A DNA stretch of 64,000 nt from Campylobacterales bacterium. GTDB taxonomy: Bacteria > Campylobacterota > Campylobacteria > Campylobacterales > QNZT01. Below, piece after piece: positions 10,021 to 19,923 of the stretch; the first letter of the stretch is position 1, and each line of letters opens with the position of its first letter. Location: positions 41,907 to 105,906 of the forward strand of contig JAJRSK010000025.1 of the NCBI GenBank assembly GCA_024278835.1, in the 5' to 3' direction. Made by a program: the position numbers and the translations under genes. The notes under the pieces are model-generated. The model worked only from the letters and a program-made list of their open reading frames with translations, did no database searches and was not told the DNA's origin.

Positions 10021-10562
10021 TAGATAAAAGGGAGTAGTTTCTCTATTCCCAGTCCCATTGCATTTGACTCCAATCCCTTAACTTCCTTAATATAAGGTTT
10101 ACAAAAACCCTCTACCATGCATGCTCCTGCCTTGCCTTGCCACTCACCAGAATCTAGATATGCTTCCAAAGCCTCTTCATCAAAGATATCAAAAATATAA
10201 TCCGTCGAAGAGATATCCAGAAAAAAGAGAGATTTTGACTCATAAATCATACAGGTAACGATAGAAGTCACAGACCCACTTTGAAGTGTGAGTATCCTTT
10301 TTGCATCATCTCTATCTTTGGCTTTTCGTAAAATCTCTCCAGCTGAAGTGACTACCGTATCAGCTACTAAAAGTGGTATCTCTAAACCCATCTCTTTTTT
10401 ACACGCTTTGTACTTACCCATCGTCGCTTGATAGACAAAGTTTTTAGGTGTTGTTGCGATGATAGCATCTTCATCAAAATCACACCCTTTTTGTCTAAAA
10501 GAGATGCCAAAATCTCGTAATATCTTTGCACGTGAATCTGAATTTGACGCCAGCACTATCAT
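10020..10562 (-). CDS. maf: Maf-like nucleoside-triphosphate pyrophosphatase
   Basis: [15 protein letters not shown]... N-terminus and overall Maf pattern; 180 aa. Confidence 0.7.
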   Translation of the reverse strand: MIVLASNSDSRAKILRDFGISFRQKGCDFDEDAIIATTPKNFVYQATMGKYKACKKEMGLEIPLLVADTVVTSAGEILRKAKDRDDAKRILTLQSGSVTSIVTCMIYESKSLFFLDISSTDYIFDIFDEEALEAYLDSGEWQGKAGACMVEGFCKPYIKEVKGLESNAMGLGIEKLLPFI

Positions 10563-11041
10563 GATAATATCATCCCAAAATAGAGTGCGGTAAGTCCCAA
10601 AAAGATATTAATCGTAAAGAGATAGTGTGCAATGAGTCGGATGTTATCTTTTGCCTGTGGCGAATCACTCGCCAAACAGCGCTTTTTAGCCTCAATGATT
10701 TTATAATACCCAAGAAGAAAATTTAAAAACATCAAGACCCAAATCGCCTCTTTACTCCCTACTATCGCCCCAAGCGTAGGATCTTTAGTCTCATAGCCCT
10801 GCCCTATCTCCATGATAGCACCTGTAATGGCCAAGATGATGATAAAAGGAAAGAGAAAATTAAAATAGCGTCTAAAGGTACGAAGAGAAGTGCGAATCAT
10901 CACCTTTTCATTAGGAATCTGCTTGAGTGATGGATAAACCGCCACGATGAACATCACCATCCCCCCTATCCAAACCATAGAGGCAATATTGTGTAGGGGC
11001 AAGATGATAAAAGCAAACTCTTCATAAAATGATTTTATCAA
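10559..11041 (-). CDS. Small 4-TM membrane protein (CopD-like / unknown)
   Basis: Four hydrophobic segments; no diagnostic motif recognised. Confidence 0.35.
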   Translation of the reverse strand: MIKSFYEEFAFIILPLHNIASMVWIGGMVMFIVAVYPSLKQIPNEKVMIRTSLRTFRRYFNFLFPFIIILAITGAIMEIGQGYETKDPTLGAIVGSKEAIWVLMFLNFLLGYYKIIEAKKRCLASDSPQAKDNIRLIAHYLFTINIFLGLTALYFGMILS

Positions 11042-13587
11042 GAAAGTGTCGCTTTTATAAACGCTAATGCCTTGGCTTTAGCCTCATTGATTTTTGAAGC
11101 ATCTTTTCCACCCGCTTGGGCAAAGTCATCACGACCTCCCCCACCACCACCTACTATCGGAGCGACCTCTTTTATCCAAGCACCCGCTTTAGCAGGCGCA
11201 TTTTTCACCCCTGCTGCCATCATCACCTTGTCACCTTTTTTCTGAAGCAACAATACTGCCAAAGACTCTTTCTGGTTTTTAAGTTCATCAATCATCGTTT
11301 TGATATCCCCGCTCTCTACTACTTCAACTGCCACATCCACACCAGCGATATTGGCAAATGTAAGTTCTGCTTTTGTTGAGGATTGCAGGCTTTGTATCTC
11401 ACTTTTGAGTGTTTTTATCTCAGATTTGAGACGATTGACACCCAAGAGCGGGTCAGTATTTTTCACTTCACTTGCCACTTTTAAAAAGTTCTCTCTTATC
11501 TCTTTGGCATAGGCATACGCCGCGCGTGAACAGACGGCTTCGATGCGTCTCACCCCTGCACTCACCCCTGACTCTTTGGTGATAAAAAAGGCACCTATTT
11601 CTGCTGCATTATTGACATGGGTTCCACCACAAAGTTCTTTACTCACTTCACCCACAGAAACAACCCGCACTTCATCCCCATACTTTTCACCAAAGAGCGC
11701 CATTGCACCAGAGTTTTTCGCCTCTTGAATGCTCATGATTTCTGTCTTGGCTTCTAGCCCATTGGCAATGGCATCATTGACAAAAACTTCTATCTTTTCT
11801 AGCTCCTCTACACTGAGAGCTTTTGGATGGGAAAAATCAAATCGCAACCTTTTATCATCATTGAGTGAGCCCGCTTGTGAGACATGACTTCCCAAAATCT
11901 CTTTTAACGCCGAATGCAAAAGGTGTGTCGCGGAGTGATGACGCTGAATCTCTTTTCTTGTTGCTGAGACTGCTACCTCTACACGCTCCCCTACTTTGAG
12001 ACTATCATATACTTCTACTTCTGAAAGATTGAGTTCAAAAAACTTCTTTGTATCCAAAATCTTTGCCTTGCCAACTATCTCACCACTATCTCCTACCTGT
12101 CCACCACTCTGGGCATAAAATGGCGTCTTATCTAGAAAAATCCACCCTTTATCACCAGCATTTAACACATCGACACGCTGATAACGCTCATCCAAGAGTG
12201 CCAATACTTCTACATGCGCGTTAAGTGTTGTATAACCGATAAATTCATTATGACCAAACTGCTCTAAAAGTGCTTTAAAATCACCACTCACTGCGTCATC
12301 TCCAGAGCCTTTCCAGGCAGCTTTTGCTCGCTCTCTTTGGCTCTTCATCAGCGCATCAAAGGCATCGATATCTACCCGTTTTCCTTCCTCTTTTAGCATA
12401 TCTTCTGTCAAATCGAGTGGAAAACCAAAAGTATCATAGAGTTTAAAGGCTACTTCACCAGAGAAAACCTCTTTGGTATTAACTAACTCTTTTGAAAAAA
12501 GCTCCAATCCTGAGGCAATAGTTTTGAAAAAGCGTTGCTCTTCTAGGCGGATAATTTCTTTGATATTGTCTGATTTTTCTATCAAGTAGGGATACTGCTT
12601 GCCCATGATATCACCCAGTGTATCCACGAGTTTAAACATAAATGGCTCTTTTATCCCTAGTAGATATCCATGTCTCACGGCACGACGAAGAATTCGACGA
12701 AGTACATATCCACGCCCTTCTTTATCAAAGTTTACCCCCTGTGCGATGAGGAAAGAGACCGCTCTGATATGATCAGCGATAACACGAAAACTCGCCCCCT
12801 CATCATAAACATATTTTTTTCCAGAAAGTGTAGAGACTTCATCAATAAGTGGCATAAAGTAAGAAGAGTCATAGTTTGAAATCTTCCCTTCCATCACAGC
12901 AACCACACGCTCTAGTCCCATCCCTGTATCGATAGAGGGTTTAGGAAGTGGATTGAGCGTGCCACTTGCATCTCTCTCATACTGCATAAAGACAAGATTC
13001 CAAATCTCTAAAAATCTATCACCCTCGCCACCCATCTTATCTTCAAGGGAGTTAAAGTGCTCTGCGCCTTGATCATAAAAGATTTCAGAACATGGACCAC
13101 AAGGTCCCGTATCACCCATCTGCCAAAAGTTATCCGCATCACCAAGACGCATGATACGGTCAGCGGCGATATGTTTTTCCCATATCTCTTGGGCTTCATC
13201 ATCACTATCATGCACCGTTACCCAGAGCTTATCGACAGGGAGTTTGAGCACCTCAGTAATAAATTCCCAAGCATACGCAATCGCCTCTTCTTTAAAATAG
13301 TCTCCAAAAGAGAAGTTGCCTAGCATCTCAAAAAAGGTGTGATGACGATTAGTAAACCCAACATTTTCCAAATCATTGTGTTTTCCCCCTGCGCGGATAC
13401 AGGTTTGTGAAGAGGTTGCACGCGGTGGCGTAGGTGCAGGTATCTCTCCCGTAAAAACCGTCTTAAACGGCACCATACCGGCATTGGTAAATAGTAATGT
13501 CGCATCATCGGGTACTAGTGGAGCACTCTCTTTTCTTGCATTCCCTTTTTGTTCACAAACGTTTACAAATTCTTGGCGGATATCCAT
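11038..13587 (-). CDS. alaS: Alanine--tRNA ligase
   Basis: [18 protein letters not shown], editing-domain HSATHLLH...CGGTHV, and C-terminal [15 protein letters not shown]. Confidence 0.95.
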   Translation of the reverse strand: MDIRQEFVNVCEQKGNARKESAPLVPDDATLLFTNAGMVPFKTVFTGEIPAPTPPRATSSQTCIRAGGKHNDLENVGFTNRHHTFFEMLGNFSFGDYFKEEAIAYAWEFITEVLKLPVDKLWVTVHDSDDEAQEIWEKHIAADRIMRLGDADNFWQMGDTGPCGPCSEIFYDQGAEHFNSLEDKMGGEGDRFLEIWNLVFMQYERDASGTLNPLPKPSIDTGMGLERVVAVMEGKISNYDSSYFMPLIDEVSTLSGKKYVYDEGASFRVIADHIRAVSFLIAQGVNFDKEGRGYVLRRILRRAVRHGYLLGIKEPFMFKLVDTLGDIMGKQYPYLIEKSDNIKEIIRLEEQRFFKTIASGLELFSKELVNTKEVFSGEVAFKLYDTFGFPLDLTEDMLKEEGKRVDIDAFDALMKSQRERAKAAWKGSGDDAVSGDFKALLEQFGHNEFIGYTTLNAHVEVLALLDERYQRVDVLNAGDKGWIFLDKTPFYAQSGGQVGDSGEIVGKAKILDTKKFFELNLSEVEVYDSLKVGERVEVAVSATRKEIQRHHSATHLLHSALKEILGSHVSQAGSLNDDKRLRFDFSHPKALSVEELEKIEVFVNDAIANGLEAKTEIMSIQEAKNSGAMALFGEKYGDEVRVVSVGEVSKELCGGTHVNNAAEIGAFFITKESGVSAGVRRIEAVCSRAAYAYAKEIRENFLKVASEVKNTDPLLGVNRLKSEIKTLKSEIQSLQSSTKAELTFANIAGVDVAVEVVESGDIKTMIDELKNQKESLAVLLLQKKGDKVMMAAGVKNAPAKAGAWIKEVAPIVGGGGGGRDDFAQAGGKDASKINEAKAKALAFIKATLS

Positions 13588-13665
13588 GTCAACGTGTCCT
13601 TAAACATAAAATGGAGATATTTTATCCAAATTTGACTAAAAATGGTACTTCTGCTAAAGTAAGGA

Positions 13666-14157
13666 ATGAAAAGATTTCTCAAAGAGGGCATTATTACCCT
13701 GATTTTAGCCTTTATTCTTGTCAATGTTATCAGCTATTTTAAAAGACCCCAGCTCACATTTGACACTCTTCCTTCTATGACGATACCGATGGTAAATGGT
13801 AAAGAATTTCATAGTGATGCCTATCATGATAAGCCCCTTATCGTTCACTTTTGGGCAACATGGTGCCCGACTTGTAAACTAGAGATTTCCAACTTCAATA
13901 CCATTGCAAATGAATATAATCTCATCACTATAGCTGTGCAATCAGGAGAGAATGAAGCGCTTAAAAAATTCATGAAAGAGAAGGAATTAACATTCCCCCT
14001 TATCAATGATAGAAATGGCGTGTTAGCTAAAAAGTTTGCTATTAGTGCTTATCCCACCACATTTATCTTTGATAAAGATGGCAAGGTAGCATTTTCCGAG
14101 GTAGGTTATACTTCGACTTGGGGGATTAAACTTCGGATGTGGTGGCTTGGGCTATGA
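13666..14157 (+). CDS. TlpA/ResA-family thiol:disulfide oxidoreductase
   Basis: N-terminal TM anchor and thioredoxin motif WATWCPTC. Confidence 0.75.
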   Translation: MKRFLKEGIITLILAFILVNVISYFKRPQLTFDTLPSMTIPMVNGKEFHSDAYHDKPLIVHFWATWCPTCKLEISNFNTIANEYNLITIAVQSGENEALKKFMKEKELTFPLINDRNGVLAKKFAISAYPTTFIFDKDGKVAFSEVGYTSTWGIKLRMWWLGL

Positions 14158-15154
14158 TAGCATCTACAATTTTCTTAGCCCCATCTCTCTCTATCATGAT
14201 AGTCAATCCCTTGCTCATCGCTTCTATATCTAACGCCAAGATTTCATCTATCATGATAGGTTCCAACGCTTCCTGTGCCACCACCATCGCCAAGCCCTTG
14301 TCAGCTAAAAACTTTGCGTTATGATACTGATGATTTCCGGCAGCGTATGGATAGGGAATGAAGAGTGCGGGTAACTGCGAGGCGGTGAGTTCCCAGACTG
14401 TGCTTGCCCCAGCACGACATATAGCAAAGTCAGCCTCTTTTATCTTCTCTGCTAAGTGCTTGGAAAAATCAAATAAATCTACCTCTATCGCATTATCATG
14501 ATAGAACTTTTTGCACTTCTCTAAATCTCTCTTTCCGCATTGGTGGATGATGTTTATCCCTCTATCTCTCAGTTTTTTTGCCACGCTCAGGGCAAAGTCA
14601 TTTATCGCACTTGCTCCCTGACTCCCTCCTAAAAAGATGATTGTCTTTATCTCTTTTCTCACCCTTGCATTGTCAAAGTAAATATCTCTCACAGGGTAAT
14701 CTTTTATCTCACTATCATGATAAGAAGAAAAGAGCATCATGGCTTTGGGGGCGAAGAGTTTGTTGAGCCTGCCCATGATAGCATTTTGTTCATGCATATA
14801 AAACTTTTTTTCACTCATAATAGCGGCAAATGATGCGGGAGCAGCGGAGTAGCCACCCACAGAGAAAACAGCCTCAACCTTGTGAGTCTTAAAGATATGA
14901 CGCACCTCCACCGTAGCTTTAAAGATATCTAGCAAAGCACCTATTTTAGCAAAGCCCTTTTTGTTGACCACACCTGAAGTCTCTAAAAAGTACTTATCCT
15001 CCCAGCCTTCATCCTCTTGAAACCATGCTCTATCTTGTCCGTATGTTGAACCTATAAAGAGTGGTTTGATACCTCTCTTATTAAGTTCTTCTTTGATAGC
15101 TTTGGCGATGGTGAGGTGTCCACCAGTACCACCACCTGTGATAGCAATATTCAT
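14126..15154 (-). CDS. murG: UDP-GlcNAc:lipid I GlcNAc transferase MurG
   Basis: N-terminal GGTGGH motif and MurG-length GT28 fold pattern. Sits next to ftsW. Confidence 0.9.
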   Translation of the reverse strand: MNIAITGGGTGGHLTIAKAIKEELNKRGIKPLFIGSTYGQDRAWFQEDEGWEDKYFLETSGVVNKKGFAKIGALLDIFKATVEVRHIFKTHKVEAVFSVGGYSAAPASFAAIMSEKKFYMHEQNAIMGRLNKLFAPKAMMLFSSYHDSEIKDYPVRDIYFDNARVRKEIKTIIFLGGSQGASAINDFALSVAKKLRDRGINIIHQCGKRDLEKCKKFYHDNAIEVDLFDFSKHLAEKIKEADFAICRAGASTVWELTASQLPALFIPYPYAAGNHQYHNAKFLADKGLAMVVAQEALEPIMIDEILALDIEAMSKGLTIMIERDGAKKIVDAIIAQATTSEV

Positions 15155-16371
15155 AAGCGTACCTTTTTAGAGAGCATCAAAACCATCCCTATCGCTATTG
15201 CATGTGCCAAGAGTGAGGAGCCACCATAACTTAAAAGTGGTACCGCGATGCCTTTGATAGGCGTAATCCCCGTAATGCCATAAGAATTAATAAAAAATGC
15301 TAAAGAGAGCAGAAGCCCCACCCCCAAAACAAAGAGCGATTCCATACGATTTTCCAATCTATTGGCAATTCTAAATATACGAAACACCATCCAGAAAAAG
15401 AGCCCGATGATGAGACTAAGCCCCACAACACCTATCTCCTCTGCAATACCTGCTAATACAAAGTCTGTATGTACTTCAGTAAGATAGCCTAGTTTTATCG
15501 TACCATTTCCCAATCCCTCTCCCAAAAAACCACCATTTTTGATAGCATAAAAGGAGTTGGATATCTGATAGGCTTCTATCGTATCTTTGACCCGTAAAGT
15601 GTCCGCTAAAGAGTCAGGCAAAAATGAGAGGATAAAGTCTTGGATAGTGCTCCACCAACTCTTGATGCGTAGTATTCGGTGATCAGAAGTGACAATCGTC
15701 ACCACAAACACGGCAATAGCCGAAAAGATAGCGAGCATAAAAAAACGCGCACTCGTTCCTGCCATAGAAGCCATGATGACCAAACTAAGCCCCAATACGA
15801 TTACTTGCCCTAAATCATTTTGCATGATAGCGATGAGATAGACCACCACGGAAAATGCCGCGACATAAGGCAAAAAGGTGATTAACTCCTCTTTTAGACT
15901 CTGGGCATCATGTTGAATCTTTCGTGAAAAACTCCATGCCAAGAAAAAGACAAACCCCACCTTGAAAAACTCAACCGGTGCGATAGAAAACCCTGGTACT
16001 TTAATCCATCTTTTCGCACCTCCCACTTCTGTGACAAAAGTGGGAGGTAAAAAATGCATGATTGTCATCAAAAAGAGAAACAACCCAAAAAATAAAAACC
16101 CTAAAAAAGTAAAACCATGCTCAGGATTCATACGAGAAATCAACCACATCAAAGTGATAGCCAGCAAGCCTGCTATCAACTGCTTTTTAAAAAAGTAAAA
16201 CTGTGATACATCTTGTAGTACAGAGACATAGGTTGTTAATGAAAAGGTAAAAACAATGCCTATGGTTATCAAGGCAATACTAATATAGAAAAGTGTTTTA
16301 TCTACTGCCAATGCATCATCCTTAAAGTAATAGAACCCTCTGATAAACTCCCTCACCTCAAACGGCTTCAC
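15151..16371 (-). CDS. ftsW: SEDS-family peptidoglycan polymerase FtsW/RodA
   Basis: About 10 TM segments with a conserved C-terminal part (PLLSYGGSSLL). The GTG start at 16371 is uncertain. An alternative TTG at 16311 has an AAGGA Shine-Dalgarno sequence. Confidence 0.85.
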   Translation of the reverse strand: MKPFEVREFIRGFYYFKDDALAVDKTLFYISIALITIGIVFTFSLTTYVSVLQDVSQFYFFKKQLIAGLLAITLMWLISRMNPEHGFTFLGFLFFGLFLFLMTIMHFLPPTFVTEVGGAKRWIKVPGFSIAPVEFFKVGFVFFLAWSFSRKIQHDAQSLKEELITFLPYVAAFSVVVYLIAIMQNDLGQVIVLGLSLVIMASMAGTSARFFMLAIFSAIAVFVVTIVTSDHRILRIKSWWSTIQDFILSFLPDSLADTLRVKDTIEAYQISNSFYAIKNGGFLGEGLGNGTIKLGYLTEVHTDFVLAGIAEEIGVVGLSLIIGLFFWMVFRIFRIANRLENRMESLFVLGVGLLLSLAFFINSYGITGITPIKGIAVPLLSYGGSSLLAHAIAIGMVLMLSKKVRL

Positions 16372-16456
16372 GGTGGGTACCCCAAAATTTCAGAGAAATT
16401 TTGACCCTTCCGTTGCAGAGGTTGTTCGGCTGAGGGAGTTTATCAGAGGGTTCTAT
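16330..16456. repeat. 26-bp perfect inverted repeat bracketing the annotated ftsW start
   Basis: ATAGAACCCTCTGATAAACTCCCTCA (16330..16355) is the reverse complement of 16431..16456. The 75-nt spacer holds a second hairpin, CAAAATTT-CAGAG-AAATTTTG (16383..16403). Confidence 0.7.
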
Positions 16457-16502
16457 GAAATATATTACATTAATCTTGATTAAAATACAATTTAGCTAAA
16501 AT

Positions 16503-16524
16503 AATTAAAATAGTTTAATTTTTA
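16503..16524. promoter_or_regulatory. 22-nt box AATTAAAATAGTTTAATTTTTA (copy 2), immediately upstream of the flgB sigma-54 promoter
   Basis: Identical to 1181..1202. Ends 9 nt before the -24 GG. Confidence 0.35.
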
Positions 16525-16532
16525 AATAACTT

Positions 16533-16548
16533 TGGCATACTCTTTGCT
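16533..16548 (+). promoter_or_regulatory. Sigma-54 (-24/-12) promoter of the flgB operon
   Basis: TGGCAT-ACTCT-TTGCT matches TGGCAC-N5-TTGCW. It lies 33 nt upstream of the flgB ATG. Rod genes are RpoN-dependent in Campylobacter and Helicobacter. Confidence 0.7.
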
Positions 16549-16580
16549 ATGTCTGAACTATAAGTTTATGAAAGGGTAAA

Positions 16581-17009
16581 ATGGGAATCGAAATTAGTAA
16601 ATATGCTTCTATCGCGGAAGATGCTTTAAAGTATCGTGGTATCAGACAAGATATGATTGCTGGCAATATTGCCAATGTTGATACTCCCTTTTATAAAGCA
16701 AAAGATATAGGCTTTGAAGAGATGCTTGCCAAGAGTGCCTCTCTCTTAGAGGAGAAAGAACCAAGGTTAAAAATGGCAAAAACAGACGGTATGCATCTCT
16801 CCCCAGCAGAGGAGACGAGTGCCCACAAGGCAGATATCTTTTTTCGTCCAAACCACGGCACGCGCAACGATGGCAATAGTGTGGACTTGGATGTAGAAAC
16901 GACAGAGATGAGTAAAAATGCTATCATGATAAACGCGATTGCAGCAGCACTCAAAAAGAAATCTATGCTCTTTAAAAGCATGATAGATACTTCATCGAGA
17001 GTATCATGA
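16581..17009 (+). CDS. flgB: Flagellar basal-body rod protein FlgB
   Basis: Rod-protein N-terminal motif (IAGNIANVDTPFYK) and the flgB-flgC-fliE order. Confidence 0.85.
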   Translation: MGIEISKYASIAEDALKYRGIRQDMIAGNIANVDTPFYKAKDIGFEEMLAKSASLLEEKEPRLKMAKTDGMHLSPAEETSAHKADIFFRPNHGTRNDGNSVDLDVETTEMSKNAIMINAIAAALKKKSMLFKSMIDTSSRVS

Positions 17010-17018
17010 TAGAAAAAA

Positions 17019-17258
17019 CAATTAAAGCGATGCGATGTGTAGCATTGTGTTTTAGTCGCAATGAATTTTTGAAAGGCTTTGCCTCTCAAGAAAACAATTA
17101 AAGAAATACGATGCGCAGCATTGTGCTTTAGTTGCAATGAATTTTTGAAAGGCTTTGCCTCTCAAGAAAACAATTAAAGAAATACGATGCGCAGCATTGT
17201 GCTTTAGTTGCAATGAATTTTTGGGAGGCTTTGCCTCTCAAAAAGAAAACAATTAAAT
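17019..17258. repeat. 76-bp tandem repeat, about 3.2 copies, in the flgB-flgC spacer
   Basis: Unit starts (CAATTAAAG) at 17019, 17095, 17171 and 17250. Copies 2 and 3 are near-identical. Each carries a hairpin around GGCTTTGCC. Confidence 0.85.
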
Positions 17259-17268
17259 AGGAAAAACA

Positions 17269-17763
17269 ATGGCATTTATGAGTAGTTTTGATATCAGCGG
17301 ATATGGACTTTCAGCGCAGAGACTTCGTATCAACTTAGTCTCCGCCAATATCGCCAACGCTAACACCACAAGAACAGCAGAAGGTGGTCCCTATAGGCGT
17401 AAAGAGGCGATATTTAAAGAGATAAGTTTTGAAAATCAGTTAAATAGTGCTATCGCAAAAAACAGTAACTTGGTACAAAATGAGAACTATATCAATGACC
17501 CAAGTGCCAAAGAATTTCCAAATACTGCACTCTCTTCGGTAGTTGTAGATAAAATAGTGCGAGATGATAGTCCCTTTAAATTACGATTTGACCCATCTCA
17601 TCCAGATGCCGATGAAAATGGCTACATTTCCTTACCAAACATTAACCCTGTCATCGAGATGGCCGATTTAATAGAAGCAACCAGGGCGTACCAAGCCAAT
17701 GTGGCGGCATTTCAAAGTACAAAAAGCATCGCCCAAAGTGCGATAGATATGATGAAAGGATAG
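17269..17763 (+). CDS. flgC: Flagellar basal-body rod protein FlgC
   Basis: SANIANANTTRT N-terminus and C-terminal LIEATRAYQANV. Confidence 0.9.
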   Translation: MAFMSSFDISGYGLSAQRLRINLVSANIANANTTRTAEGGPYRRKEAIFKEISFENQLNSAIAKNSNLVQNENYINDPSAKEFPNTALSSVVVDKIVRDDSPFKLRFDPSHPDADENGYISLPNINPVIEMADLIEATRAYQANVAAFQSTKSIAQSAIDMMKG

Positions 17764-17767
17764 ATAA

Positions 17768-18067
17768 ATGGCAACAGCATTACAGAGTATTTCACCCCTC
17801 TCCATGACAGATGCGGTGACACACAGCAAAGATGTGCAACCTGAAGGAAATGACTTTTTCTCTATCCTTCAAAGCACTATCGGGGAAGTCAACGAAAAGC
17901 AAAAAACTGCAGACAACGCGCTAGGGCAAATAGCCACAGGTCAAGTCAAAGACCTCCACCAAGCTGCCATCGCTATCGATAAAGCAGAGATCAGTATGAA
18001 AGTGATGCTAGAAGTGCGAAATAAAGCAATAAATGCCTATAAAGAGTTACTCAAAACGCAGATTTAG
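17768..18067 (+). CDS. fliE: Flagellar hook-basal body protein FliE
   Basis: 99 aa with a FliE C-terminal pattern (MLEVRNKAINAYKELLKTQI). Synteny with flgBC. Confidence 0.8.
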   Translation: MATALQSISPLSMTDAVTHSKDVQPEGNDFFSILQSTIGEVNEKQKTADNALGQIATGQVKDLHQAAIAIDKAEISMKVMLEVRNKAINAYKELLKTQI

Positions 18068-18097
18068 CGCTAGGATTTTTAGGGTACCCATATTTAA

Positions 18098-18125
18098 TCA
18101 TAGATTGAATATAATCAATCTATGA
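18098..18125 (+). promoter_or_regulatory. 11-bp inverted repeat covering the PBP2 start codon
   Basis: TCATAGATTGA-ATATAA-TCAATCTATGA. The right arm contains the ATG at 18122. Confidence 0.3.
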
Positions 18126-19879
18126 ACCAGAACGAAAGCAAAAAATTTAAAATCACCTTTATTTTTTTCATTATCCTTTTCTTTTTTCTTCTCTTGATTG
18201 GCGCGCTTGTCCACATCGCTACGAGTGATAAAAGATTGCCTAGATTAACTATCTCGGAGACGGATAAAGCCATCCACGGGGATATACTCTCACGTAATCA
18301 TTTTACAATCTCTTCTAGTAAAAAACTTTATAAAGCCGCTGTCGATACTAGAAATATTGACCCCACAAAAAAAGAACTTTTTATCACCTTATTTTCAACA
18401 TTTTCTAATATCCCCCAAGAAGAGATACGCCAAAAGATAGCGTCAAAATTTGGCTTTGTTACCCTCACCTATAAGCTCGATTCCAAAGCTGCCCGTTATG
18501 TAAGTAAACTCTCAAAAAGGCTTTTTGAACTAGGGGTGATAAAACGCTATATCAATGTAGAAAAAAATCAAAATTTTTTGCATGGATTGGAGATAACAGA
18601 GAGTGGGGAACAGCGTTTTTATCCATTAGGAGAGACACTCACCCCTATCATCGGATATGTCCAAAAGTTTGAAAAAGATAGATATACCACTATCAAAGGC
18701 AAATATGGTCTTGAGAAGTATTATGCCAAGGAGTTAGAAGGACTTCAAAGTACACAAATCACAGGACGACGGGATGTAAGAAACAATATCATCCTTGATA
18801 ATGAAAGTGAAGTCAAGAATCGATATGATGGCTATAACGTTGTCACCAGCATCTCTCTTAAACTTCAAAAAAGTATCGAAAAACTCCTTCTTTCTCACAA
18901 AGAGAAGCTTGGAGCAAAAGAGATTATGGTAGCTGTCATGGAGAGTAAAAGTGGCAATCTTTTAGCTGTGGCTTCTTCTCGTCGCTTTATCCCTGGTCGC
19001 ATCAAAGATGCAGATGCACTGACGATATCTGCTATTCGCCACATTTATGAGCCTGGTTCTGTCATGAAGCCTATCGTCTACTCCTTGCTACTAAAAGAGA
19101 ATCTTGTTAAAAACGATGATATCATCCGAACCTACAATGGGCGTTTTATGCTTGGTAAAAAAGAGATTACAGATGAGCATAGATACCCCTATCTTAGCGC
19201 TGAAAATGTTATCGTACACTCAAGCAACATCGGTATGGCACAACTCTCCCAACGACTAGACCCACTCAACTACTTCCAAGGCTTGAGAGATTTTGGATTT
19301 GGTCGTCCTACGGGGATAGACCTCTCTTATGAACTCTCTGGCTCTATGCCTGATATCCATCGTCTGAAAAACTCTATCTATCGCGCTACTGCCTCTTATG
19401 GATATGGTATCAAAGTTAATTTTTTTCACCTACTTCAAGCGTACAATGTCTTTAACAACGAGGGAAAACTAGTCCATCCATCTATAGGAGAGTTTTTACA
19501 ATCTGGCTCCAAAAAGCAGGCAATATTTCATAAAAAAGCGACACAAGTCCTCCCAGCTAGTGTCGCCCTAAAGATGCAAAAGATTCTTTTTAAAACTGTC
19601 CAAGAGGGAACTGGTAAGAATGCTATCACAAAGGGTGTCATGGTCGGTGGCAAAACGGGTACCGCCCAGATATCAGTGCGCGGTCACTATGAAGAGATAT
19701 ACAATAACTCATTTTTTGGCTATGCCAATGATGGCTCTCATCGCTATACCATAGGTGTCACGGTGATTGAACCAGACCCAGATGGTATCGGGCATTATGC
19801 TTCTACGAGTGCGGTTCCTGTTTTTAAAGATATTGTAGATTGTTTGATAAAAGAGAGCTTTTTAACACCCTTAAAATAA
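18122..19879 (+). CDS. Class B penicillin-binding protein (PBP2/PbpB-type transpeptidase)
   Basis: N-terminal TM. Transpeptidase motifs SVMKP (SxxK), SSN and KTGTA. Sits downstream of fliE, as in Campylobacter. Confidence 0.8.
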   Translation: MNQNESKKFKITFIFFIILFFFLLLIGALVHIATSDKRLPRLTISETDKAIHGDILSRNHFTISSSKKLYKAAVDTRNIDPTKKELFITLFSTFSNIPQEEIRQKIASKFGFVTLTYKLDSKAARYVSKLSKRLFELGVIKRYINVEKNQNFLHGLEITESGEQRFYPLGETLTPIIGYVQKFEKDRYTTIKGKYGLEKYYAKELEGLQSTQITGRRDVRNNIILDNESEVKNRYDGYNVVTSISLKLQKSIEKLLLSHKEKLGAKEIMVAVMESKSGNLLAVASSRRFIPGRIKDADALTISAIRHIYEPGSVMKPIVYSLLLKENLVKNDDIIRTYNGRFMLGKKEITDEHRYPYLSAENVIVHSSNIGMAQLSQRLDPLNYFQGLRDFGFGRPTGIDLSYELSGSMPDIHRLKNSIYRATASYGYGIKVNFFHLLQAYNVFNNEGKLVHPSIGEFLQSGSKKQAIFHKKATQVLPASVALKMQKILFKTVQEGTGKNAITKGVMVGGKTGTAQISVRGHYEEIYNNSFFGYANDGSHRYTIGVTVIEPDPDGIGHYASTSAVPVFKDIVDCLIKESFLTPLK

Positions 19880-19923
19880 CCCTATCATGATACAATAAGT
19901 AGAAGAGCCAAGGGAGATGAGAG

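Noticed and set aside
17019-17258. Possible CRISPR array in the flgB-flgC spacer.
   Set aside because: The 76-bp units are directly abutting tandem copies with no unique spacers between them. No cas genes are present in the window.
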